Below are positions 11,230 to 23,633 of a stretch of 64,000 nucleotides of DNA, piece by piece. Below the pieces are notes generated by a model that worked only from the letters and a program-made list of their open reading frames with translations, was not told where the DNA came from and did not search any database. A program made the position numbers and the translations under genes. This DNA is from Massalongia carnosa. Lineage: Eukaryota. Positions within the stretch are counted from its first letter, which is position 1; each line of letters opens with the position of its first letter. Location of the stretch: the NCBI GenBank assembly GCA_965645245.1, contig OZ287075.1, positions 434,001 to 498,000 of the forward strand. Direction: 5' to 3'.

Positions 11230-11940
11230 GTACGCTGAGGAGAAATTAAAACCTCTAGAACGCGCTGTATTCGACCCAGACTGCATGGAATCCGAGGAGC
11301 AGGAATCCAAGGAGCGGGAACAGAATGTCATCGTGGCACCCGCGTTAAACTCCTCCAGATGATTAAGGAATGGACCACCGGTACAGAAGGAGAATGCATA
11401 TTCTGGCTACAGAGCAAGGCTGGCACAGGCAAGTCTACGATTTCTCGGACCAGGACCAGGAAACTCATCACGGAAAGGCACCTTGTCGCCAGCTATTTCT
11501 TCCCAACGATCTTCCAAGGGGAACCAGATGAGCTTGATTGCGTCAACCCAATTGCTGCCCAGCTTGTCCGGCAATTGTCTTCCATAGCCGTGCACGTGCG
11601 AAGCGCGATTAATGACGTGAATGCTAGGTCCTCCGTAGCCAACTGGTCGAGGATAAAGCAGTTCAAGAAGCTGATTCTAGGACCGTTGCGGGAGATTGAC
11701 GACGATTCGAATACTCCGATGACCATTGTCGTTGTGATTGATGCACTCGATGGGTGTAATCAGATTGATAATATCAAGGACATTCTTCACGTCTTACCAA
11801 AAGTGAAGAAAAAATTACGTTCCATCAAAGTAAAATTCCTTGTGCTAAGCAGACCGGAGGACTATATTCGCGATGTGATGAAAGAAAGTCACTTCACGCA
11901 TCATTGGAAGGGAGATCACATAACCGATGACATGCTATAA
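11230..11940 (+). pseudogene. NACHT NTPase (fungal NLR/HET-E-like) fragment
   Basis: CHRGTRVKLL..IKEW, Walker A IFWLQSKAGTGKST, ASYFF, Walker B VVVIDALD and KFLVLSRPE. Truncated, with no repeat domain. Confidence 0.85.
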
Positions 11941-12117
11941 GAGGCCGCCCAGCTCTTCAGTAATAACTACGGCGTCTAGAGCAAAAGAAGCTACAAAATT
12001 TCTCGATTCATTTGCGAGGCAAGGTGAGTGATCAGAAACAGTTTACATAGCATCTACTGAAAAAGTGTAGGTAGCCGGGTGAAGATGAGTAAGGATCGCC
12101 TTCGTGCTCAGTGTCTC

Positions 12118-13306
12118 TCACCCGATGCCGAGTACTCCTATGTCAGTGTTACCGTGGATGGGCATCTTGCTAGAAATGCGTTTGCCTGCCGTTGAAAGTG
12201 CAACGAACAAAATGTCTTTTCTACGTCGAATCGCTGAGTAAGACGCATCTAATTCGCCTTTCGGAGGTTGGAGTCTCGCTTCATCGCCGGGGATTATTCG
12301 TCGAATACTAGCTGGAAGCGTCTCTCCGATATTTGACATGACTGACATATTGGAAATGAAGGAGGTCCGAACAGCGTTTGTATCACATAGGAGCGGGGGA
12401 ATGCAAAACGTTACGATATTGTGAAGAACTTGGAATGGCAGAGCTTTTCCTTTGCTGAGGTACGTGGGAAGATATAAATACTAAGTTTTTCGACGAACTA
12501 AGAGCCTCATTTCGAGAACGTAAGGTGGACGAAACTTTCTGCCTAATGAAGGGTTCAATAAGCACTAGCCAGGGCAAGCGGTTCCAGGGCTGTGATTCCA
12601 AAGACGGGCGAAGGGCAGACGTCCGGCTACTGTCAGGCACGCTTGAGAAATTGACGGCATATATCGGTCATCCGCCAGAACAATAGTTGCGGGCGGACGA
12701 GCTGGCAGCTACACATGCACAAGCTCAGGTTCGCATGCTATATCATATTTCAGGCTCGCATGTACGCCGCAGTGATGCCTTGCGAGCCCTCTTGCTCTTT
12801 AACTAAGGCTCGAAAAGAAAAGGGTTGCACTTTAAATTCAGTAAAGACTAGAAGCAAGAAAAGATAGCAGAACCAAAATGATTCCATGTACCAGAAGACT
12901 CGTTAGAACGATCCTCAGGCCCTATTTCAGGCTCGCCCTCAACCTCAAGCTCTTTTAAGCAGTCATTGAGCTTTTTTGAAGACGTGCCCAAGTGGCCTAA
13001 TACTTCCTTCGCGTCTGGATATTTCTTAAACTCCGACCAGCTCAACTTCGCTAGGAAAGAGGATCGTCGAATGTGTGCGGGTGAATTTGATGGATTCCTT
13101 GTTATTGTTTGGATCCTTAGAACCACCCAGATTGTCTCGTCGGATTCCTCGACTTCAATTGCGCGAATGCGGACTTCAGGCGGCGAATCGGAGGACAATC
13201 CATTACACCCTTTAGAGGACGTGATGGGGGTAGAAATCAAGTCGATACTAGAAGGATTGTTGCCTCCAGTCCAATCCATTTGATTTATCTTTAAGTTGTT
13301 AGCCAC
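12118..13306 (-). CDS. Possible orphan multi-exon gene or remnant, product unknown
   Basis: Three same-strand ORFs (12848-13306, 12383-12640, 12118-12348) with possible GT donors. No family recognised and no full model built. Confidence 0.25.
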
Positions 13307-13932
13307 AAATCACTTTCACAATTAAGGGAAAAGGAGACGGGCAAGAATTCGGCATGCATGAGAACGTGGCCTTGTCTGAAATCCTTACCCCTGGAGGGCG
13401 TTTGTCGAACTGGAGTTATTTTTTCCTGAGTGTCACGATGAAGCAAAGAATGCGGCAGGGTCACCTGCATAGAGAGCAGAAGAGAGCAAGAGATAGAGGC
13501 AAATGGAAGCTGCAAAATCCAGAATGTGCAAGTATAGCGGGCGTGAATAGGCAAACATTAACAGCCTCGCGGAGCCTTGCGTCTGTTATATAATGATTAC
13601 AAGCACGAGCTCGAGCACCATCCAAGAAACTGAGATATTTCTAATCTCCGCTTATCGCATTATGAGTCGGCTTCGATAAGGTCCGTTGTGCCTTCCGAAC
13701 CCAGCTAATCTAGTGCTGTTTACAGCTCAGATATCTGCCAAACAGTCAAACTAATGTCTACATCAGCTAGGTCAATTCCCTTTTCGACTTGACATTTCGA
13801 AAAGTGTAAGTTGGCGGTTGAGGATTATCGACGCCTTCAGCCACGCCGATGCAGGAAGTTAGAAAGCCGCTAGAACACTATCCGCTGGGATGCCGTCCTT
13901 AGCGAGTTCACGCAAATCTTAGGCTAGGTGAT

Positions 13933-14046
13933 AGTACTCTGTACACAGTACTCTGTACATAGTACTCTGTACACTGTACACTGTACTCTGCACTCTGCAC
14001 TCTGCACTCTGTACACATCCAACTGGTGAAGCTGTACTCTGTACTC
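13933..14046 (+). repeat. Degenerate tandem array of GTACTCTGTAC/CACTCTG units
   Basis: AGTACTCTGTAC three times, then CACTCTG repeats, read directly. Confidence 0.9.
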
Positions 14047-14856
14047 GTAATCGGTACTCGCTCCTGTCGCTATCCATGCGGGAACTCAAATCATGGCAAC
14101 TCAAGTCCTTGAAACCTCGACAATCAATGTGGAATTATTATACTGATTGATAGACCAATCTTCTCTTTCCGTTGCTCAGCCAAGGGGATTTTTGCTCCTC
14201 CAAAATGCATTCGTTTGCTTGGGAGAAAAGCCAAATCTAATTTGCGTATATGCAGGAGATTTTGACTTCTACGGCCAATATAGAAATTCTATCTAGCATC
14301 TATGTAACGGATGTACGAGTGAATAATCCAAAAACTAGGCGACTGCGCAAAACAACCTGCAGTTCCGTACTGCATTCAGTTGCAAGACTGGTCTATCTAT
14401 TCGGCCGATCTGTGTCTTTCTTTGTTCTTTTGTCCCGCCATGGACTCTGGGATGTAAAGCTCGCTATGCAGATCTGTGAGACTATATGGACAACGAAACA
14501 TATAGTCGGTTGCAGGTAATCTTTGAGAGAAGAACAAGAGAAAACTAAACACGATGACAGCAAAGCCTCTTCAGCTTTCCGGATTTGGTTAATTTGGTTC
14601 TGCCTCTACACCTTGTACCGGTGACTTTGCCAGTTGCGGGCACCAGCTTTATCCGAGACAATGGGTACAGATAACGCGTTCCCTTCATGTCCTTCCCTGC
14701 TTCTGCTGCATCAACACGCAAACTTACACTTGCCGTTACCCGTCCTCCTCGCTGTTATTTTCGCTTATTTGAAGTAGCAAAGCAGTCGAGCTGGCTGGCG
14801 AGTTTTAAAGAACATTTCCACATCAGTTAATTTATCTCTCTTATTGCTCTTTCATC

Positions 14857-16671
14857 ATGCCAAGAGGAAGACCCCAAAAAGACCATAAGCAAGGCGCAGA
14901 TACTGTGAGCATAGGGGGAAAAGCCCAAGTGAAGTCAATCGCTCGTTGGAATGATCTGCTCTAAATGTTCAAATAGAAGTATGCAACCTTGCTTAACTTA
15001 CCTTACGGTCCACGTACAAGAGCCAGAGCAAGAGAGGAGGAAATAAAGGAGAAATGCAAAGAGAAAGAGACAAAAGAGGAGGAGAAGACGGAGAAGACGG
15101 AGAAGGAGAAAAAAGAGAAAAAAGAGAAAAAGGAGAAAAAGGAGAATAAGAAGAGAAAAGAGAGGAAAGAGAAGGAGAAGACGAAGGAGAAGACGAAGGA
15201 GAAGACGAAGGAGAAGACGAAGGAGAAGACGAAGGAGAAGACGAAGGAGAAGACGAAGGAGAAGACGAAGGAGAAGACGAAGGAGAAGACGAAGAAGAAG
15301 ACGAAGGAGAAGACGAAGGAGAAGACGAAGGAGAAGGAGAAGGAGAGAAAGAAAACGGAGGAGAAGGAGAAGGGGGAGGAGAAAGAGGAGGAGAAGGGGG
15401 AGGAAGAGGAACTGCCCACAGCCGAAGTTACCCCTGCCATTTCCGCTTGGCTTGCTCAGTTAAAGCCCGTCTCACCTGAAGGCATTCGTGAAGCTCAGGC
15501 CTTGTATATAGCATCTAGTCCTGGTGGCTCACCGGAACCAGGTGACACCATGTTGAAGTCAATAAATATGACGGACGGTGAATCGATGAAAACACCTATA
15601 ACCACATCCTCAACTACGCCTACACAAATGAAAATATCAGACCGAACGCTGGGTTGGCGTGGGGTCAGGACAGAAGCAACTCCAGACGAAAGATTGGAGC
15701 ATTTGAGGGCTGCAATCAACGACCAGCTCAAGGAGCGATCCTTGAAAGAAGTTGAAGATATAGAACGTGTAATCCGTGGGTTTCTTGCAATAATTGCCAC
15801 TCATCCTAATGATAGCTGTTACGATCATATCGACGAGTTTTCGTTCAATATCGACAAGATCAAATTCGAACTAGGTTATCCCATGGTGAACAACAAGTAT
15901 TTTCAGGCAGATCTCAACCGATGTCTTCGCAGCAACGAGGCTGTCCTTCAACGAACGGTTATGCTTCATCTACTCAATCGATACTGGCTGAATGAGATTT
16001 TTGAGTGGAACTGTGAGGGACAGTGGTGTCAGCCGAAAAGTACACGTTTACCGTCTCTTGCAGATGATGCAGTCTCGTTGCCTAAACCAGATCTTGCTGT
16101 AAGCTTTACCGAACAGTCTTTTGTCGCAAACGTTCCTTTCGCAATCCCACTGGGACTTGAGAAGTGCATCGAGCCAGACGGCGGGAAGAGATGGTTTCCA
16201 TTTCTCCTCATGGAAGTCAAGAAGGCGAGGGCAGACCTCGCCAACGCCCAGAGGGTCAATCTACACAACGCCAGCCAAGCGTTGTATAACATATATGGCT
16301 GTATGAAACGTGCCGGACAAACCAAAACTTTTTTCGAAAAGATCCGTGTGTTTTCTTTGGTGTTCAATGCCGAAAGCCTTGAGGTTCGAGTCCATCGGGC
16401 CGTGCAGCAAGGCGACGAGCTCGAATTTCATTTCTCAGAGTACTTGCCCTTAGCCAAATATACCAAAAATCAGGCCTGCCTTTTGGTGGATGCGATCTTG
16501 AGAGATTATGCGGCCAAAGAGCTCCATCCGGCACTGAAGACTGCTTTCACCGAGGTCGTAAACCAGGAATATCAGCAAGTACTGAAGAAACGGAAAGCGG
16601 ATGCTACAGATGATCTTCCGATCGCCAAGCGAACTCAGGCACTCAGGAGGGAGGCAAGGCAAATGGAATGA
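14857..16671 (+). CDS. Hypothetical protein: PRGRP motif, K/E-rich repeat, C-terminal PD-(D/E)xK nuclease-like domain
   Basis: Exon 14857-14904 and intron 14905-14976 (GTGAGC...ATAG) join in frame to the long ORF. C-terminal motifs are LPKPDLAV...FPFLLMEVKK...QRVNLHNASQAL. Confidence 0.8.
15172..15327 (+). repeat. Coding 12-bp tandem repeat AAGGAGAAGACG, 13 units (KEKT)
   Basis: Ten KEKT units, one KKKT, two KEKT, nearly identical at the DNA level. Confidence 0.95.
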
Positions 16672-19271
16672 CCGTTTACGGCCAGCAGTTTGGGCTCCTA
16701 AAACATGGCCCCTAACAACCCGGGGACAGGTACGTGACGCAGGGTGCTTGGTAGTTTCCTCGATTCAACAGCGCCTGAAGGATGTCTTTTCTCTGCCATC
16801 CTGGCACAGGTTATCCGCCATCTTTCCTCTATCCATCTTCTCATTCGTTCAATTTCTCAGTCTAGAATACACTAAATATCCACCCCACCTGATATCCTTC
16901 CCCTCTTCTCTGTCCATCGGTCCGTCCATCCGTGTCCTTGGTTACACTACAAGAAATATTCAAGCAATTTAGGACTCGCCGGGTTCTCCTCGATGTTGAG
17001 ATGTGAGATGTGAAGTAGGCTTTATTCAAGGACCTTCTCGTACCGACGGGGTTATCTTTACCATAGCGGGGTGAGTTTGTGCATAAGGGGTGATGAGTGT
17101 GGTAAAGATGCAGCTGCAAATAGCGACGGCGCATAGGATTTTCAAAAATTAGGCATAGAGGATTTAAAACCGGGGGAGAGGGAGAGGGATGTGGATGAGA
17201 GCAAAGATCCAACCCCTATTCTCACCTATAGTTTCCCTACCCCTAAATACCCTATTACCCAACCAACCAATCAATCTTGCTTTAAGAAACACACAAAGTA
17301 GTCGATCAAGCAGGGTTCTCCCCCCGAGACGTCCTGGCGAAAGAAGGGGGGAAAAACCCCGCGTGAAAAGGTAGCAGGGCATATAGGTAGGTGGATGGGT
17401 TTTTTTCGTGCATTTTCTTTCCTCTTCGCGAGAATCGCGCCCTGCTTGTTTCCTAGCCGTTTTTGAAGGGGGGTTTGGGGAGACTTTCTCTCTTTTCTTG
17501 TTTTTCTTAATTAGTTACTTTGCTTCTTTCGTTCTCTCTCTTTCTTTTCTTCCACTGTGAGATCTCGAGCCAAGTTAACCCAACCGGTTGTGGTGTGCGG
17601 AGTTCTAGGGGCTTGGATACCTACATACATCTATATCTAGCATTCTCTGTTCTGGTTTTGCTGGCTGGCTGGCTGGCTGGCAGGAAGGAGGAGAAGGGGA
17701 AGTAGGCGTGGAGAGGACAGGAAGGGGAGTTTGCGAACTGAAAACGGAGAATGAAGAGAAACCCCCCCCCCCCCCCCTTGGCTGATCGACCGACTAGACG
17801 GGGTTTCTCGACGTTAAGAAAGAAAAAAACTAAGAAAAAAGAAAAGGTAGATAGGAGCGGGCTTTCAAGTCATTTCGTTTCTCGATTAATCTTTTCCTCG
17901 CTTCGCGTTTCTCGTTTCCCGTTTCTGACATTTCCTTCCCGCCAACGAACATATGTACCTAACGAACCATCTACCTAATCCCTATTGGCTCTGCTCTTGA
18001 GATTCTCCTCCTCCTCCTCCTCCTTCCTCCTGAATGAGCACTATCACCACTACTAGAGAGAGAGAGAGTGAGAGAGACACCTCGGCAATCTGTTCTCCCA
18101 GTACCCGATATTCCCCCAGTGCTGGCGTTGCTAGATCTTGTGTTGATGTTAATGATAATACTATCTAGTAAGAGACGGGGCCGAGTAGCCGTACACGTAA
18201 GCGGTGTCATGGTTCAAGGAAACCGTATATATTATATATCTTTATATGTGATGTTATATAAGTGGAAGGGGGAGAAAGACAGGAGGAGGCCTTGAAAAAA
18301 TCCCTATATCTCTCCCTTTTTTATATATTCTCTCAAAAGAACAAAAGAAAAAAAGAAAAAAGAAGCTAGCTAGCTAGACATGAACAGAATTACAGAAAAA
18401 CCGACATCGCGAAGTGATAAGGAAGTAAAGAGTATGGACTTGACTGATTGCCCCCCCCCCAAAAACAACCAGCAGGATGAAGAAAGAAAGAGAGCAGGGG
18501 GGAAAGCTTGGGTGGTGGTGGTTCCTCTCTAACTAGCTAAGCTAAGCCCTCCCCCCCCCAAAAGCCACAATTTGTTCCCCTCCCTCTTGAAACTCATTCT
18601 CGTACGTCAGATTCTACTTATCATCGTATAGACCTTTCCAGGAGAGAGAGAGAGAGGGGGGGGAGGGGGAGCCGGGGAGCGTGCATGCATGCATGCACGC
18701 GCGCGTAAACGCACGGGGAGCGGGGAAAGGGATATAAAAGCTCCCACCTATTTCTGGAGAGTCTGGGAATCTAGAGAGCGCCCGGAGGCTAGGATCTCGA
18801 AAGAGGCCCAAGTTCAGGGCGGACGGATTGGTCAAATGAGGCCGAGTTCCAGATAGCACAAGAGTTAATGTATAGCTATGTACAAGCGGGAAAAGCGCAC
18901 GGGAGAGGATACATGGGTGGATATAGATCACCAAAAGAAAACAGATAAAAATGATGAACGTCTGTAATGGAGGGGGAAAGAAACGTTAAGTCTGTGCTCA
19001 ACGTATTGCCTTGAGCTCGCCTTGAAAGTAGGTAGCTTATGCATGGTCCGCCGAAAAAAAGGAAAGATTGTTGATACATTCCCTCCTCCACAAGTAGCAA
19101 ACCCCCTCACTTTCGGCGCTAAAAGCTTTGCTTCATGCTTCTAAATTAACATAGGATGAAGGCAGGGGAGGAGAGAAACGACCTAATAACACAGCCCTCC
19201 TGCCACCGCCCTCTGAACCTTAAAATTTCCTTGACATTTCTACCGCTCATCATTTCAATCAGCTTCAGCAC

Positions 19272-20024
19272 CTACAATAACAGACCCAGAGCAACCAAAG
19301 CCCCCATAGCCCAACCTCCTTCAACCCTTGCAGCCGCATTCGGCTTGGCGGTCCCGCTCGTGCTCGTAGCAGTGGAAGTCCCCGTAGCACTGGCACTGGA
19401 GCTGCTGCTCCCAGCGGTAGAAGTTGCGACGCTGGCGGGAATATTTCTGGGATCAAGTTTGGGGCAATCCTTGCACGCTTGGGAGCCAGGGTTGTCTTGG
19501 CGGCATTCCTGGAATTGAGCTAGGCAGATATGATTGGGGACCGTGTCGGTGTATTTTCCAATGTCCGGCGGAGGTGAGGAGCCATTTGTGCAGGCGCATA
19601 TGTAGTGGAGGATATCGGACTGGAATTATAGGATAGAATGTACGTCAGATTATATTTCGTATTATGGAAGCTGGGAAGCGTGTTTTGGCATGGGGAGGTG
19701 GAGAGAGGACTTACACCAACACATCTCGTATCTTTTGTAAAGGTTGGGCCACCGCAAAGGTAGGGACAGGCGTTGTTCTGGGATGTCTGCGATTTTGTCA
19801 GATGAGAGCCGAGGACCTGCAGAGGGATCTATGTATACGTACACACCAGGAGTCTAGAGAAGCCAAATTTTAGCAGAGACAGCAAACAGGCACTTGGGAA
19901 GCAAAGTTCAGGAAATACTTTTCATGGCCAGGTCAACGAAGCTCGGGATGGTATCCGAGGAGTTGGTTTGCGCGGCAACGAAGCCCACCAGCACGGAGGT
20001 AAGCAATACGATAAGGGATAGCAT
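19272..20024 (-). CDS. Secreted Cys-rich, Ser/Thr-rich, probably GPI-anchored protein (4 exons)
   Basis: Signal peptide MLSLIVLLTSVLVGFVAA. Spliced core SWC.SQNNACPYLCGG...CAC...IC...C...C..C, then a Ser/Thr stalk and hydrophobic tail MGALVALGLLL*. Three GT-AG introns. Confidence 0.85.
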
Positions 20025-20439
20025 TTTGACTTGATTTATCTATCTCCTGTAGCGACTGAAAGGATATAATTCAAGATGCAAGGTAAGTGAAGTGCAATCT
20101 GCTAAGGAGTGACTGCTGATGGTGAAGTTCGCAGGGGATGGATGTAAATGGGAAGATTAAAGAATATGAGACGATGCAGAAAATTAAGAATGCTTGGCAT
20201 CGTTACGCGCTAAATTCCCGGATCTTTTGATTGAGCAACGCGAGTCATGCACTTAACTAAAGTAGCACTAGTACATATCTGATATCCCACGTGACTATTC
20301 CATACTCCTTACCCCTGAAATCAACAAACCCTGATTAATATAAAAGCGTGTGTATCCTCTTTTCAGTGTGAACAATATCGAAACGCCAAGCACAAATAAT
20401 CAGATAGGCCCCAGAAACTAAGTTTCAGCGCTGTCTCAG

Positions 20440-20442
<3 letters not shown>

Positions 20443-20494
<52 letters not shown>
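20443..20494 (+). repeat. (GA)26 microsatellite
   Basis: Read directly. Confidence 0.97.
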
Positions 20495-20496
<2 letters not shown>

Positions 20497-20794
20497 AAGT
20501 ACATCCTTGTGTACCCTGCACGCCTTCTACTCCACCAATATGCCATATAGATGCTGTCCATCCTCCAGTCTGAAAATTTTGACACCTGTCGCAAAGAAGC
20601 AATATAAATCAGATGGAGATCAGCTAACCAAAAAGGTTTCTCATGCCTCCCTTCCATTCCCTTATGTCCCGCCAAAAAAATCCCCGTTCATGCACCTTCT
20701 GTATCCCCCAGCTATAGACCCCTCGCAGCGAACGAAAATCCGTCGCCGGCAACACAACAAACCCCTCCTTCCTCCATGCTTTAGCATTCCGATC

Positions 20795-22686
20795 TCACAA
20801 CTCCTCAGTCTGCTCCTCCGTCTTAACCTGCTTCCCCTGTTCAATGCGTCCTAAGACATCGCCCATCGCACCCGAAAGTCCTAATCCTAACCTCTGCCGC
20901 GTGGCCTCATCGTCCAGGCCCGACAGGCTCGCCCGCTGCTTCTTTAATGGACTGCCTATGATGTCGTCTGCCAATGCATGCGTCGGAGCCATGGGATCGT
21001 GCGACAAACCAGTGGAGAGAATTGGAGGTGTGGCGATGCTGGTGGAGTCGAGCGGGGGCGTCGATCCTCGGGTGGGGGTGTTCGACGCTGGTGATTTGCG
21101 CGTTGCTGGGGATCCGGCGATTAGTTCGACGGAGTGTTGACGTTTTAACTATCGAGCATATTAAAAAAGGCTTCCGCTAGATGGGTTAGAAAGCCTACCC
21201 TGATCTTTTGAACGCCTTCCGCAAGTTCGCCTTGCCGTTGGGCGTCCTCAGGCGACAGCATCATGGTGGACGAATCTTGGGGTTCAACATCCTCCTGTTT
21301 TACATTCTTGCTCCTGTCATCCTCATCCTCATCGCTATCCATGTCGCTATCCTCCTTCAAGGTCTTCTTCGCATCACCTGAGGACGGAGATCGATGTTCG
21401 CTGTCACGGAATTTGGAGAAACCCAACGTTCCGCCAGGCGTCAGAGGTTTGAGATTTGCAAAGTCAGTCTGCACTGATCGTCGTCTCGCAGTTGACGCGG
21501 CTAGTTTATCGGGGATTTTGGGGGATGGAAGGATGCCCATCTTCTGGAGCTGTTCTACGGGTTGTCAGATTTTACGACTCGGCAGCCACAAAAACTTACT
21601 CTCTCCTCTATAAAGAAATGTAAAGACTGCAAATGGTCGGTCCGGACCATCGATCCCGGTGACGGTTTGAGTGCTGATTGACTTTGGATCTAATGTTTTG
21701 GGCTGGGCAAAGCTAGTCGTATGGTCAACGTCGACCTCTTCGACCGCCTCTCCATTTTGATTCGTTCCATTAACGGTGCTCCTCCCTGGCTCCTCGTCGT
21801 CATCATGAGCATCGAATTGAGGAGAGTATTCCCCTCTCTTGATTTCCCCTGATGCAAGAACCCGAAAGAGAGCGACCTTGATCTGCCCGGTAGCCTCTGG
21901 GACCGGATCATCATCGGAGTCGGAACCCGAAAGAAACATTTCATCATTTTCTGAAATTTGCTCCAACGGCGATAGTTCATTTGCACCATAGCGTAGAACT
22001 CCTTTCTCGGAAGGATCTTTACCACCCCATAGCGAAGATTCAGCCTCTTCATCACTGGCCTTGATGAGCTTTCTCCTCCGCCGCTTTTTATCGATCTTTT
22101 GCCGTCTGCGTTCTATCTTTGCTGCGGCATCCTTCCCCTCCAGATCAAGGCCATTTAGCCATCTTTCCAGCCCTACCTCTCGAAAAAGGAATTCTCGTTC
22201 TGCCAGCCCACCCCCTTCGGATTCAGGTATGCCCACCCACCGAGAATTCACCCAAGTCTCTTCCCCTCGACGTAACAGCGTTGCTACTTCTTCTTTGGCC
22301 CTCCCATCGAAGTAGATGTACGCAGCAACAGTTTCGTTGGGCGATGAGGTCAAGGGAATATATGGGCTAATAATGCTGCCGTATCTGCCACACTCGCCTG
22401 TAAGACTCGGAAGCCCACTGACAATTCGTGGTCTTGGGAAAGGGTCCTCGGAGGTAGGCTTTGGCTGGGAATATGGGACATTCAGACCTGGAGTGAGGAG
22501 CGTAATTGATATCGCAAAAGATGACTGTTCGGGTTTCTTGAAGGTAGATTCTTGCGGCACTTGGGCCGGTGGCACGGGAATATAGGCGCTAATCCGGGAG
22601 AATTTGGACTGCTTTTGAATGGAATACTCTGGCAATGGTCCTTCTGGTGTGTGAATACTAACGGCAAGGCCCTTGAAGCAAGGCAT
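20795..22686 (-). CDS. Conserved fungal hypothetical protein (3 exons)
   Basis: MPCFKGLAVSI..., AAYIYFDGRAKEEVATLLRRGEETWVNSRWV and GQIKVALFRV. Introns near 21600 and 21195 link ORFs 21565-22695, 21145-21540 and 20795-21007. Confidence 0.85.
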
Positions 22687-23633
22687 ATCCAGCAAAACTC
22701 AGTGTGCGATTTGTAAACTACAAAAATGGTAAGCTTCGAGGCCCAAGGGGTAGGGGACTGCTGGCGTGGGACTTTTTAAGCATAGGGAAAGGCGTTAAAC
22801 ATACATAGTGATTCGAACGCCAGTTTCTGTTACCGATAGGGGGTTAGAGGTCGGATTACCTTGGGAAGCCGAGCCACCAAGCCCGTTTTGCAGAGCAATC
22901 AAGCTCGAGCATGCGCTAATCTCTAATATTCTAGAGGTGTCTCATCAAACGGTGGCAAAGAGACAGCATAGAGACTAATATGGGCGGTGGAGAGCAGCCA
23001 TCTGAAGACAGACTCGTTCGCAATGATTTGAACGATCAAAGTAGATTCTGGTGGGTGGGGATGGACTTTCAGCTAGAGGATGGAAAAAGCCGTATGAAAG
23101 GAAGCTCTCTTAAAGGGTACCTTGCGCCAGATATGCCCATAAGGCTAGTTAAACCACCAAGCCAGCGATCTTGCTTTAGCCAATGAAACCTTGCCATTTC
23201 CGCCAAGAGACTCCCTTAGTCATCTTTGTTGAGAAACTCTTTACCTGTAGAGTACTCTGTACTGTACCTGTAGTGTACTCTGTACGTATTGACCAACCAA
23301 TAGTGTCATTGTGTCACAGGGAGAATAGGGTCATAACTCCTTAGCTTCATTTAGGAGGAGTTCACTTTCGTTCGATACAGTATAGAAAGGTACATCCCAC
23401 CGGTGAAAGGAGGAAGAATCTACACCCTTCCAACATGAAATGATAATGCAACACAATGAGAGAGTCGATGAGATAACCAAGAATCCGTTTCACAGGTAGG
23501 TAGAGTATACAGCCCTCAACTAAAAAGTAAACCTATAACCATCCCTGCTTTCAAATACTCCCAAGCCCCGCCAACCAGCCGATCTGAGAACTCAACTTAA
23601 AGGAGACCAACCGAACGCCGAACTAAATCCACG

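Noticed and set aside
15003..15440. 145-aa Phe/Ser/Val-rich ORF resembling a membrane protein
   Set aside because: It is the antisense shadow of the KEKT repeat.
16900..19150. Many short ORFs
   Set aside because: Low-complexity, homopolymer-rich intergenic DNA. I found no coherent exon chain or motif.
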